Shown piece by piece: positions 16,965-26,371 of a stretch of DNA of 64,000 bases. The DNA lies in the NCBI GenBank assembly GCA_964592125.1, contig CAZQBV010000003.1, positions 1,605 to 65,604 of the forward strand, given 5' to 3'. A program made the translations under genes and the position numbers. How positions within the stretch are numbered: the stretch's first letter is position 1; every line of letters begins with the position of its first letter. The notes beneath the pieces were generated by a model, which saw nothing but the letters and a program-made list of their open reading frames with translations, was not told where the DNA came from and did no database searches. This DNA is from an uncultured Christensenella sp. (GTDB taxonomy: Bacteria > Bacillota > Clostridia > Christensenellales > Christensenellaceae).

Positions 16965-19010
16965 ATGAAGATAAAAGACGCATCAATTGCATTTGTAATA
17001 CTGGTAGTGATATTGCTGATTATTGTACCGATACCAGCGATGTTATTGGACGTGCTGTTAATTGTGAGTATAACAATGTCTTTGCTGGTGCTGTTGATGT
17101 CTATGTATGTGCGGGAAGCTTTGGATTTCTCTGCATTCCCTACATTATTGTTGATACTTACGCTGTTTAGATTGGGGTTGAATATAGCATCTACCCGCCT
17201 GATTTTGGGGAATGACGGAAAAGCAGGCGAGGTGATAAATGCCTTTGGTAAATTTGCCACGGGCAACAACCTAGTTGTAGGTATTATTATCTTCCTCATC
17301 ATTGTTGTGATTCAATTTATAGTTATTACAAAGGGTGCAGAACGCGTTGCAGAGGTTTCTGCGCGTTTTACACTGGATGCAATGCCGGGCAAACAGATGG
17401 CAATAGATGCCGACCTGAACTCTGGTTTGATTGATGAGCAGCAGGCGAAGGACAGGCGTGAAAAGGTGACGCGTGAAGCAAGCTTCTATGGCGCTATGGA
17501 TGGTGCCAGTAAGTTTGTGAAGGGTGATGCTGTAGTTGGCATATTGGTGGTTATTATAAACATGGTAGGTGGCTTGATTATTGGCATGTTGCAAGGCAGT
17601 ATGCCAATGGATGAAGTGTTGCAGGTTTATAGTGTTGCTACCATTGGTGACGGATTGGTAAGCCAAATACCTGCGTTGATGGTTTCCACAGCAACTGGTA
17701 TTATTGTAACACGTTCAGCATCTAAAGAAAATTTGGGTAGAGACTTGATGGAACAGCTTTCCAGACAGCCCATGATTTTTTATATTTTAGGTGTGATGCT
17801 GTTGATACTGGCACTGATACCCGGCTTGCCAAAGGCACCGTTGTTTATTATTGCTGCAATTATGCTGGTGGGTGGATATATGCTGACACGTGCATCGAAA
17901 AAGCCTGCTGCATTGCCGCCAGAGGAAATTGACAAAGCGGAAGCAGCGGCAGCTGAAAAACGAAAGCCAGAAAATGTGACGTCTTTGTTGCAAATAGAAC
18001 TGATAGGGATAGAGCTGGGCTATGGTTTGGTGCCGCTGGTAGATGCGAATCAAGGTGGAGACTTGCTGGAGCGTGTGGTAATGATACGCAGACAATGTGC
18101 GCTGGATTTGGGTATCATTGTGCCCATCATTCGCATAAGAGATAACATTCAGTTGAATACCAATGAATATGTGATAAAGATAAAAGGTGTGGAAGTTGCC
18201 CAAGGTGAAGTAATGATGGATCATATACTGGCACTGAGTACCGAGGAAACAAAGGGCAAATTGCAGGGGATAGAAACAGTGGAGCCAACATTTGGTTTGC
18301 CCGCAATTTGGATTCCGGAGGAAGAGCGTGAGAAGGCAGAGCTGATGGGCTACACAACGGTGGATGCACCTTCTGTAATTGCCACACACTTAACAGAGAC
18401 AATTAAGCGGCATAGCTTCGAACTGTTAACACGGCAGCAAGTACAATTGCTGATAGACAACTTGAAAAACTCTCAACCAGCATTGGTGGAGGAAGTGGTT
18501 CCCAAGTTGTTCTCGCTGGGTGAAGTACAGAAAGTTTTGGCAAACTTGTTGAAGGAAGGTATTTCCATTCGTGATATGGGTACTATTCTGGAGACGCTTG
18601 CTGATTATGGGGCAATAGTGCGGGATGTGGACTTATTAACGGAATATGTGAGGAAGAGCCTGTACCGCTCTATTTCACGGCAATTTATTCCCACGAATAA
18701 AGCTCGTGTGATTACATTGGATCCGGCATTGGAACAATTGATTTCTGAAAAGACCAAGCAAACAGAACAGGGCACCTATGTGGCGTTGAATCAGGATGAG
18801 ATACAGAAGATTTATGCTAGTTTGAAAAATGCAATAGAGAAGATGACAAAACTAGGAATTACGCCCATTGTGCTAACCTCGCCACTGGTGCGGCGTCAGT
18901 TTAAAAACATTACCAGCCAAATGATACCAGACCTTGTGGTATTGTCATACAATGAATTGGATCAGAGCGTTGAGGTGTATTCCGATGGTGTGATTGCGTT
19001 GGGAGCCTAG
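16965..19010 (+). CDS. flhA: flagellar export gate protein FlhA
   Basis: 681 aa. Contains FPTLLLILTLFRLGLNIASTRLIL and FTLDAMPGKQMAIDADLN motifs. Confidence 0.95.
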   Translation: MKIKDASIAFVILVVILLIIVPIPAMLLDVLLIVSITMSLLVLLMSMYVREALDFSAFPTLLLILTLFRLGLNIASTRLILGNDGKAGEVINAFGKFATGNNLVVGIIIFLIIVVIQFIVITKGAERVAEVSARFTLDAMPGKQMAIDADLNSGLIDEQQAKDRREKVTREASFYGAMDGASKFVKGDAVVGILVVIINMVGGLIIGMLQGSMPMDEVLQVYSVATIGDGLVSQIPALMVSTATGIIVTRSASKENLGRDLMEQLSRQPMIFYILGVMLLILALIPGLPKAPLFIIAAIMLVGGYMLTRASKKPAALPPEEIDKAEAAAAEKRKPENVTSLLQIELIGIELGYGLVPLVDANQGGDLLERVVMIRRQCALDLGIIVPIIRIRDNIQLNTNEYVIKIKGVEVAQGEVMMDHILALSTEETKGKLQGIETVEPTFGLPAIWIPEEEREKAELMGYTTVDAPSVIATHLTETIKRHSFELLTRQQVQLLIDNLKNSQPALVEEVVPKLFSLGEVQKVLANLLKEGISIRDMGTILETLADYGAIVRDVDLLTEYVRKSLYRSISRQFIPTNKARVITLDPALEQLISEKTKQTEQGTYVALNQDEIQKIYASLKNAIEKMTKLGITPIVLTSPLVRRQFKNITSQMIPDLVVLSYNELDQSVEVYSDGVIALGA

Positions 19011-19041
19011 CGGTTACAAGTTTGCAGGGAGAAGGTAGAAA

Positions 19042-20250
19042 ATGAAGCTCAAGAAGTATTATGCAGACAACATGCAGGATGCATTGAAAATTATAAAAGA
19101 AGAAATTGGATCGGATGCGGTTATTTTAAGCAGTAAATTTGTGCGCACCAAAAAAGGATTGTTTGGTTTGTTTTCTAAAAAGCAGATAGAAGTGGTGGCA
19201 GGATACGAGGAAAAACCGAAGGAAAAGCCCTATATACCACCAGTAGAAATTAAAAAATTTGCTCCATTGGTGCCTGTGCCCCCTGTAGACGAGCAGAAGA
19301 ATGCCATTAGCACGGTGGCTGCCCATATGGAAAAAATGGTTGAAAAAAACATAAAGGAATCCAATGAAAAACTAAAAAAGATTGAAGTGCTGGATGAAAG
19401 CATTGACCAGTTAAAAGATATGATTAGTGGACTTTCCAGCAAGATGGAAAGTTATTCGGTAGGTATGGATGCAAAATTCTCTAGCGAGGTGCGAGAACTT
19501 TTCAATAAACTGCTGGAAAGTGATGTAGAACGTAACTTAGCCATTGAGTTGTGTATAAAAACAGAAGATGTTTTGACTAGCAGAGAAGCAGACCCCAAGG
19601 ATGTTTTGAAAAGCCTGATGCTGGATGTGATTGGAAATGCAAAACCAGTGCAGTGCACAAAGTTTAAACGCAAGGTGGTAATGCTAATTGGCCCGACAGG
19701 TGTTGGCAAAACTACCACCCTGGTAAAACTGGCAGCAAAACTACTTTACGAGCAAAAGCTGAATGTTGGCGTGATTAATGCAGATGTTTTTAGAGTGGCG
19801 GCCAAAGAACACCTGAAGGCATATTGTGAAATTTTGAATACAGAAATGATTACGATATATCGACAAAACGAGATTATTGACGCGCTGGAGGCCTTTAAAA
19901 GCAAAGATATTGTATTTATAGATACGGCAGGCAAGTTGTCCAGCAACACCCAATATCAAGATGAGATTAAGGAACTGGTGAAGCTGGGGCAAGTGGATGA
20001 GATTTATTTGCTGGTGAGTGCATCCACATCCGAAAAAGTGATTAAAACAATTGTGGACAACTATTCTTTTTTGAAAGTGCACAATATTATTATTACGAAG
20101 ATGGATGAATCGCCCACACAAGGGGTACTGTTATACACGGCAAAGGAAAGCGGTAGACCACTTAGCTATGTGACAACTGGTCAAAATGTACCGGATGATA
20201 TTACCGAGGTAAACCCGGAGGAAGTGGCACAGGCAATTTTGGAGAGATGA
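19042..20250 (+). CDS. flhF: flagellar SRP-type GTPase FlhF
   Basis: GPTGVGKTTT, DTAG and TKMDE motifs. Confidence 0.9.
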   Translation: MKLKKYYADNMQDALKIIKEEIGSDAVILSSKFVRTKKGLFGLFSKKQIEVVAGYEEKPKEKPYIPPVEIKKFAPLVPVPPVDEQKNAISTVAAHMEKMVEKNIKESNEKLKKIEVLDESIDQLKDMISGLSSKMESYSVGMDAKFSSEVRELFNKLLESDVERNLAIELCIKTEDVLTSREADPKDVLKSLMLDVIGNAKPVQCTKFKRKVVMLIGPTGVGKTTTLVKLAAKLLYEQKLNVGVINADVFRVAAKEHLKAYCEILNTEMITIYRQNEIIDALEAFKSKDIVFIDTAGKLSSNTQYQDEIKELVKLGQVDEIYLLVSASTSEKVIKTIVDNYSFLKVHNIIITKMDESPTQGVLLYTAKESGRPLSYVTTGQNVPDDITEVNPEEVAQAILER

Positions 20251-21164
20251 TGTTGATAGGAGATCAGGCGGCAAAATTACGAGAGATGGCAGAACAGCTG
20301 AATGCGGAAACACCCAAGGTGGCTGCCCCTGAGACAAATAAAAAAGCCATGGTGTACTGTATAACCAGCGGAAAAGGCGGCGTGGGGAAAACCAGTTTTA
20401 CCGTTAATTTTGCTATTGCGCTTTCCAGATGCAACAAGAAAGTTGTGATTATTGACGCAGACTTTGGTTTTTCCAATGTAAATATATTGCTGGGCGCGAA
20501 CTCCAAATATAACATGAGCCATGTTTTAAGTGGTGAAAAACGGTTAAATGAAATTATGGAGGAGTGTTTTCCGAATGTGTGGCATATTTCGGGTGGGGCA
20601 GGGCTGATGGACTTGGTGCATATGCAGGAGGACAAGCTGGCATCTGCATTGGCTCAATTGGAGCCGCTGGAAGATGTTATGGATTTTATATTGATAGATA
20701 CAGGTGCGGGACTTAGCCACAATATACTGCAGATGATAGCGGCAAGTGACAGAACAATACTGGTGATGACATCGGAGCCTACTTCGATATTGGATAGTTA
20801 TGTGATGCTGAAGGCAACTGCTGGGCTGCCGGTGAAGCCTGAAATATATGCATTGATAAATAAAGCGGAATCTGAGAGAAGTGCGATAAAGACATTTGAA
20901 AGCTTCTCCAACGTGGTAAAGAAGCACTTAGGTTGTAACGTGGATATGCTGGGCTTTATGCCTATGGATAGCAAGATGACAGAATCTATCTTGTCATTGG
21001 TGCCCTATACAATAAAGCACCCAACAAAGTTGCTTTCCATGAGAATACAGAGCATGGCCAATGCAGTTTCGCGTCCTGAAGAGGGGCAAAAAGATGCAAA
21101 AGGGTTGAAGAAATTTTTTGGGCACTTTTTAACTAAGGGAGGAAATAAGGATGAATACCGATGA
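20247..21164 (+). CDS. flhG: MinD/ParA-type ATPase FlhG (YlxH)
   Basis: SGKGGVGKT deviant Walker A. ATGA overlap with flhF. Confidence 0.88.
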   Translation: MMLIGDQAAKLREMAEQLNAETPKVAAPETNKKAMVYCITSGKGGVGKTSFTVNFAIALSRCNKKVVIIDADFGFSNVNILLGANSKYNMSHVLSGEKRLNEIMEECFPNVWHISGGAGLMDLVHMQEDKLASALAQLEPLEDVMDFILIDTGAGLSHNILQMIAASDRTILVMTSEPTSILDSYVMLKATAGLPVKPEIYALINKAESERSAIKTFESFSNVVKKHLGCNVDMLGFMPMDSKMTESILSLVPYTIKHPTKLLSMRIQSMANAVSRPEEGQKDAKGLKKFFGHFLTKGGNKDEYR

Positions 21165-21825
21165 GCAAAAACTCATGAATGAAGAAAATATTGAGCCGGT
21201 GATTGGTGACCAATTGCTTATTGATATATCTGATGATAAAACGGTTACTACGCATATTGAACTGATAGAAAACAATATGATATGGGCAGCGGATTTTTTA
21301 ACAGATATTTGGAACTATAGGTGGAGGCGGCAAGCCTTTGATGTTTCCTATACAAGGGGAGAACGGTGTTTTTCCTTTTTAGCTGAAATAGAGGGCAGAG
21401 ATACAATAGACAAACTACCTGTAACTCGTATGGTGCGTATCTCTACCATTCAAGAAATTCAAAGAAGGGCAAGTTTTCGTTTGCCGTATTCCTTTGATAT
21501 TTATATGCGTAAAATGTGGGACAAGCATGGCAATGAGGAAGAACAACGCCAATATGTGCAGTGCAAGGGAATGGATATTTCCGAAACGGGAATTGGGTTT
21601 ACTACCGAGGACAACCGGTGGAAATCGGGCGATGTGGTGCAGTGCAAGTTTGTAATTAACGATGAGGAATATGTGTTTGATGCAAAAGTAATGCGTCGTA
21701 TTGTATGGTTTAAAGATAATGTTTATATTTACCGTATAGGCATAAAGTTTCATACAGAGGATGAGAAACAACTGAAGAAAATTCGGCGTTTTGTATTTAG
21801 TCAGCAAGTTGCACGCAAAGTTTAG
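21151..21825 (+). CDS. PilZ-domain protein (YcgR/MotI-like c-di-GMP flagellar brake candidate)
   Basis: RRASFR (RxxxR) and DISETG (DxSxxG) motifs. Overlaps the flhG 3' end by 14 nt. Confidence 0.75.
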   Translation: MNTDEQKLMNEENIEPVIGDQLLIDISDDKTVTTHIELIENNMIWAADFLTDIWNYRWRRQAFDVSYTRGERCFSFLAEIEGRDTIDKLPVTRMVRISTIQEIQRRASFRLPYSFDIYMRKMWDKHGNEEEQRQYVQCKGMDISETGIGFTTEDNRWKSGDVVQCKFVINDEEYVFDAKVMRRIVWFKDNVYIYRIGIKFHTEDEKQLKKIRRFVFSQQVARKV

Positions 21826-21858
21826 GCGAATGATAGGGGAAGGAGGCCTTTACTTCAA

Positions 21859-22656
21859 TTGGAGGAGGTTTCTTTGGAAAAAAGTGGAAAGATTAATCGG
21901 GAACAAAATATAGATGTGTTGTGGGAGAACTATTTTGCTGACCCAAGCGTGGAAAACAAAAATGAGCTTCTGATGCATTATTTGTTTTTGGTGAAAAAAA
22001 TAGTGCTTAGAATGATGCCCACCTATAAAAATCAAAACGACTATGATGACCTGGTTTCCAACGGTGTGATTGGCCTGATGGATGCAATAGGTAAGTTTGA
22101 CAGTATGCGGAATGTGAAATTTGAAACCTATGCGTCTAAACGAATTCAAGGCGAAATACTGGATTATATGCGAAAACAGGATTGGATCTCCAGCAGTATG
22201 CGCACCCGTATAAAAAAGGTGAAACAGGAATTCGAGAAACTCTCTATGCTGTATGGAAGGGAGGCAACAGACAAAGAAGTTGCACAAAGCCTTGAACTAT
22301 CCCCAGTGCAGGTAAAAGAGGCACTGGAGAATGAATATATTTATAGCATTATCTATTTTGAAAGTGTGATATCGTCGGGCTCTACAGAGCAGCCAATAAA
22401 AGTAATTGATACTATAAAGGATCATGATGAGGGTGCATTGCCCGAACAACATTTTGAAAAAAAAGAAATGTTGCGTATATTAACAGAAATATTGGATGAA
22501 TTGCCTGAAACAGAAAAGCTGGTAATAGAGCTTTACTATAACAAAGAACTTCTGCTTAAGGAAATTGCGAAGATACTGGGAGTAAGTGAATCACGTGTTT
22601 CTCAAATACACTCTAAGGCCATTAAACGAATACAAAGCCGCTTGAAATCTGTGTGA
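21859..22656 (+). CDS. fliA: flagellar sigma factor sigma-28 (FliA/SigD)
   Basis: Region 2 is DLVSNGVIGLMDAIGKFD...FETYASKRIQGEILDYMR. Region 4 is LKEIAKILGVSESRVSQIHSKAIKRI. The TTG at 21874, after GGAGGAGG, is probably the real start. Confidence 0.9.
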   Translation: MEEVSLEKSGKINREQNIDVLWENYFADPSVENKNELLMHYLFLVKKIVLRMMPTYKNQNDYDDLVSNGVIGLMDAIGKFDSMRNVKFETYASKRIQGEILDYMRKQDWISSSMRTRIKKVKQEFEKLSMLYGREATDKEVAQSLELSPVQVKEALENEYIYSIIYFESVISSGSTEQPIKVIDTIKDHDEGALPEQHFEKKEMLRILTEILDELPETEKLVIELYYNKELLLKEIAKILGVSESRVSQIHSKAIKRIQSRLKSV

Positions 22657-22712
22657 TATGGCCGAGAAGAAAAAAGGTAAATTTTAGGGGATAGAGAAAA
22701 AAGGGGTAATGT

Positions 22713-24410
22713 ATGGCAGTGGATACAGAAAATAAGCTGAATGAGATTGTTGACACGAATGATGCGGAAGAGATTGTAGTAATAACAAGTGAATCTCATT
22801 CGGGTGTTAGTGGACTACAACTCTACTATGAACAGAGCGGTGTGTACTTATCATTTAATAAGAATGATATGGATGCAAATGTAACAATAGCACACATGGT
22901 AGGCTATATAAAACGAAAAGAAATACAAGGCGTTAACCTTTCCATTGTGAGTGCGCTGATTTCGGCGGGGTATGCGAACGAAGACAAGATAGCGCCCCCT
23001 CAAGAAGAGAAAATACTGGATGCGGATGTTGAGATAAGAACTGAAAACAGCAACATGAAGGCATGGATGATATTGCTGCCGCCCGATGCAGGGGGGGGAG
23101 CATTCACGGCGGAGACGCTTACAGAGACCCTGAAATCTAAATACAAACTAAATGGCGAGTTGAATAAAGACGCCCTTGCACAAGCGTTGCAGGAGGAAGC
23201 ATATTTTAGCGAGGTTTTGATTGCTGAGGGAAAACCGGTTGAAGATGGCGTGGATGGCAGGCTGGAGCATCATTATACTTTGCCGGAGGACATTATTAAA
23301 ACCAAACAAGATGCCAGTAAAATTGACCATCGTGAAATCCATGAGTTTGTAAAAGTGGACAAAGGACAGGTTTTGATTACGCGCATACCTGCTACGTCTG
23401 GGGAAATGGGCTATGATGTGTTTGGGAATGAACTGAAACCGCGTCCCGGAAAAGAGGTGGCGCTACCCAAAGGCAAGAACATGGCGATTTCCGAAGATAA
23501 AAGTGCTCTTGTTGCGGGAATAGATGGCCGCCTAGAAATGGTGTCGGGTACATTGGAGATATCGCCAGCTGTAAAAATTCCCGGTGATGTGGATATGGCA
23601 GTGGGTAATATTGATTTCGCCGGAGATGTGGAGGTGGCTGGAAATGTAAACGCCGGGTTTACCATTCGAGCGGCTGGCAACATAACGGTAGATGGTAGAG
23701 TGGAAAGTGCAGAGCTTTACGCAGGTGGAGACATTATCCTGAAAAGTGGAATAAACGGTGGAGATAAAGCAGTTGTAAGTGCTGGTGGCAGCATAAATGT
23801 GAAATATGTAGAGCGGGCTTCGCTGGATGCGGCGGTTGGCATTACAACAGAATTTGCATTGCATAGTACCATGATGAGTGAAGGATATATTGATGTATCT
23901 TATGGAAAGGGTACTATTATTGGCGGACTAACCAGTGGGAGTAGCTTTATAGTTGCAAAGATAATAGGCACGGAGGCAGGTACGGCAACAGTAGTGGAAA
24001 TTGGCGTATCACCTAAAAAACGTGCCCGCCTTAAAGAAGTGCAAGATACCCTAAAAATGCTGGATGGCAGCATTAGCAGAATGAGGCTGGCGCTAGAGGT
24101 GGCATCTCGCCCAGACGGCCCGCGGAGCAACCCAAAAGTGGTGTTGGAAGTGCGGGCTAAATTGGCACAAATGGAGACGCAGAGGAATGAACTTTTTTTA
24201 GAACAAACGCATCTGGAAGAATCTATGCAGGGCGCAATGGACGGCAATATTCATGTGCAGGATAAAATATTTAGAGGTGCTAAAATTATTATTGGAAGCA
24301 GTGTATTGCAAATTAGACAGGATAATCAATATGTTACATACTTTTCTGAAAACAAAGAAATTACTTCTAAAGTATTTTCTTATAGCAAAGAGGCGAAGCA
24401 ACGAAGTTAA
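22713..24410 (+). CDS. FapA family protein (DUF342)
   Basis: Beta-helix-like repeats GNIDFAGDVEVAGNVNAGFTIRAAGNITVDGRVESAELYAGGDIILKSGI... with a C-terminal coiled coil. Confidence 0.75.
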   Translation: MAVDTENKLNEIVDTNDAEEIVVITSESHSGVSGLQLYYEQSGVYLSFNKNDMDANVTIAHMVGYIKRKEIQGVNLSIVSALISAGYANEDKIAPPQEEKILDADVEIRTENSNMKAWMILLPPDAGGGAFTAETLTETLKSKYKLNGELNKDALAQALQEEAYFSEVLIAEGKPVEDGVDGRLEHHYTLPEDIIKTKQDASKIDHREIHEFVKVDKGQVLITRIPATSGEMGYDVFGNELKPRPGKEVALPKGKNMAISEDKSALVAGIDGRLEMVSGTLEISPAVKIPGDVDMAVGNIDFAGDVEVAGNVNAGFTIRAAGNITVDGRVESAELYAGGDIILKSGINGGDKAVVSAGGSINVKYVERASLDAAVGITTEFALHSTMMSEGYIDVSYGKGTIIGGLTSGSSFIVAKIIGTEAGTATVVEIGVSPKKRARLKEVQDTLKMLDGSISRMRLALEVASRPDGPRSNPKVVLEVRAKLAQMETQRNELFLEQTHLEESMQGAMDGNIHVQDKIFRGAKIIIGSSVLQIRQDNQYVTYFSENKEITSKVFSYSKEAKQRS

Positions 24411-24516
24411 AGTAGCAAAGAATTTTAACGATATTATAGTGATAGAGTAAATGATTTGAGTTTTGTTGTGGCATAAGCAAATAGGCCGGAACATAATGCT
24501 AAGAGGGGGAGGTTAT

Positions 24517-24858
24517 ATGATACGCGGTATAGATAATCAGATGATGATACAGCAAAGTCTTAACGCTTCTAAAATTGTTGGGGAACGGCATGCGGACAAA
24601 GAGGTTCGCAAAGAATTTCAGGCGCATTTGGAAAGAGAGCGTGTTGTAAACGAGCAAAACACTGTGGGGGATGCAGAAAAAGTAGAGCATCGCAGGATAG
24701 AAAAAGAGAAAGATGAACAGCATACCAGTGATGAGTATACTGACCCTGAAAGCAGAATGTTAAAGAAGAATAAAAGAGGCGCTAAAACACCACAAGAGGA
24801 GAACGCTGAAAAGCTTTTGGCAGGTGGTGTAGGTGTAGAAATAGACATAGATGTATAA
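24517..24858 (+). CDS. small, highly charged hypothetical protein (113 aa)
   Basis: ATG at 24517 lies 6 nt after GAGGGGGAGG. K/E/R/D-rich with no motif I recognise. Confidence 0.5.
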   Translation: MIRGIDNQMMIQQSLNASKIVGERHADKEVRKEFQAHLERERVVNEQNTVGDAEKVEHRRIEKEKDEQHTSDEYTDPESRMLKKNKRGAKTPQEENAEKLLAGGVGVEIDIDV

Positions 24859-24868
24859 AGAAAAATAA

Positions 24869-24900
24869 GTTAGTCTGCCTTATGGGTGGGCTAACTATTT
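24869..24900 (+). terminator. weak terminator-like hairpin
   Basis: 11-bp stem GTTAGTCTGCC/GGGTGGGCTAAC with three G-U pairs and loop TTAT, followed by TATTT. Confidence 0.3.
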
Positions 24901-24954
24901 ATGTTATGCATAAGGTTTTGGTGATAAATGATAGGCGAAATGGAGTAAGCATAT

Positions 24955-25479
24955 ATGGGGGTAGAGTACTATCTATTTGCATTGTTTGTCTTTGGTCTGG
25001 TAATACTATTGCTTGTCCTTTTTTTGAATGGCATGAAAAAGAACCGAAAAAAAGAAGAGGCCGACCTGGATGAAAAAGAAAAAAAAGTGATGATGCTTTA
25101 TTTTGAAGTGGAAGATATGATAGAAGCATTGAAAGAGTATGTAGATAGCAGCAAGGAGAATATTGAGACCAATATAAAAAGAATAGAGACGGACATGCAG
25201 GCGCTTTCTACTTTGCGGGAGGGCTTTACATATATTCGAGAGGAGAGTGGTCGGCAACAGGAGATTGATTCCTTTAAGGAGATGCAGGAGACTCGTCCTT
25301 CTATAGATATAGTGGTGGGGACTGAAGAAGAGTATATACCCGAAGAGGAAAAGACTTTAGAGGATTTGCTAAGAGAAGGCGAAGATGTGGAGGCCATTGC
25401 AAAGAGAATGAACTTATCCAAGACGGAAGTTGCATTGATGCTAAAGCTGAATTCTTATAATATCAATCGAGGAATATAA
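24955..25479 (+). CDS. SwrB-like membrane protein (N-terminal TM, coiled coil, C-terminal HTH-like segment)
   Basis: TM helix is YYLFALFVFGLVILLLVLFL. The C-terminal LREGEDVEAIAKRMNLSKTEVALMLKLN resembles the B. subtilis SwrB tail as I remember it. Its position downstream of sigD mirrors B. subtilis. Confidence 0.4.
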   Translation: MGVEYYLFALFVFGLVILLLVLFLNGMKKNRKKEEADLDEKEKKVMMLYFEVEDMIEALKEYVDSSKENIETNIKRIETDMQALSTLREGFTYIREESGRQQEIDSFKEMQETRPSIDIVVGTEEEYIPEEEKTLEDLLREGEDVEAIAKRMNLSKTEVALMLKLNSYNINRGI

Positions 25480-25532
25480 TAAAATTCAAACAAAAAATAA
25501 ATATTAAATATGCTTTTGACTGTAGAATTGAC

Positions 25533-25560
25533 TAAAGTTTTGCAGGAGACCTAACGATAA
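25533..25560 (+). promoter_or_regulatory. candidate sigma-28 promoter for the rod/yvyF/flgM block
   Basis: TAAA-N16-AACGATAA. Confidence 0.45.
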
Positions 25561-25592
25561 ACTAATATTAAGATTAAGGTGGAGATAAATGT

Positions 25593-26357
25593 ATGCTGAG
25601 AAGTTTTTACATTGCAGGTACTGGAATGATGACGCAACGCGCAAAGATGGATGTTGTGATCAATAATATAACGAATGGCGATACAGTGGGATACAAGAAT
25701 GACAAGGTGATTACTCGCTCTTTTCAGGATATGCTTTTGGAGCGTTTGCACGACCCGAATTTTATTAGCCGTAGGCAGGTGGGGCCGCAGAACACAGGCC
25801 TTTATGTAGATGAGCTGGTAACAAATTTTGCACAGGGGTCGCCTCAAACCACTAACATAGCAACTGATATGATGATAAATGGAGAGGGCTTCTTCACGAT
25901 ACAAACACCGGAAGGCATTCAGTATACGCGAGCGGGAAACTTTGCTACCAATGCAGCGGGGGATTTGCTGACGCAGGATGGTAACTATGTGCTGGGTCAG
26001 GGCGGTGGACGCATCAATTTGGGGCCGGGCGGGCCGGCAAGAATGGTTGTGAACCCAGATGGTACGATAACTGTGGATGGAGTACAGCGTGCCAGATTGC
26101 AAATAGTAGAATTTGAAGATACAAATGTACTGCGAAAAATGGGTAACAATAATTTTGTACCATACAACAACGCAGCGCCGCGACAGGCACAAAATTCTTC
26201 TGTACAGCAGGGCGCAATAGAAGGCTCTAATGTGGAAATGGGGCAGGAAGTAACAGAAATGTTAATGACGAATAGAGTGTATGAATCCAGCCAGCGTATA
26301 TTGCGAATGACGGACGAATCCTTATCTAGAACAGTAAACGATATAGCGAAGTTTTAA
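25593..26357 (+). CDS. flagellar basal-body rod protein, FlgF/FlgG family (FlhO-like)
   Basis: N-terminal MLRSFYIAGTGMMTQRAKMDVVINNITNGDTVGYK. C-terminal QGAIEGSNVEMGQEVTEMLMTNRVYESS. Confidence 0.9.
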   Translation: MLRSFYIAGTGMMTQRAKMDVVINNITNGDTVGYKNDKVITRSFQDMLLERLHDPNFISRRQVGPQNTGLYVDELVTNFAQGSPQTTNIATDMMINGEGFFTIQTPEGIQYTRAGNFATNAAGDLLTQDGNYVLGQGGGRINLGPGGPARMVVNPDGTITVDGVQRARLQIVEFEDTNVLRKMGNNNFVPYNNAAPRQAQNSSVQQGAIEGSNVEMGQEVTEMLMTNRVYESSQRILRMTDESLSRTVNDIAKF

Positions 26358-26371
26358 GGAGAATTGAGACT

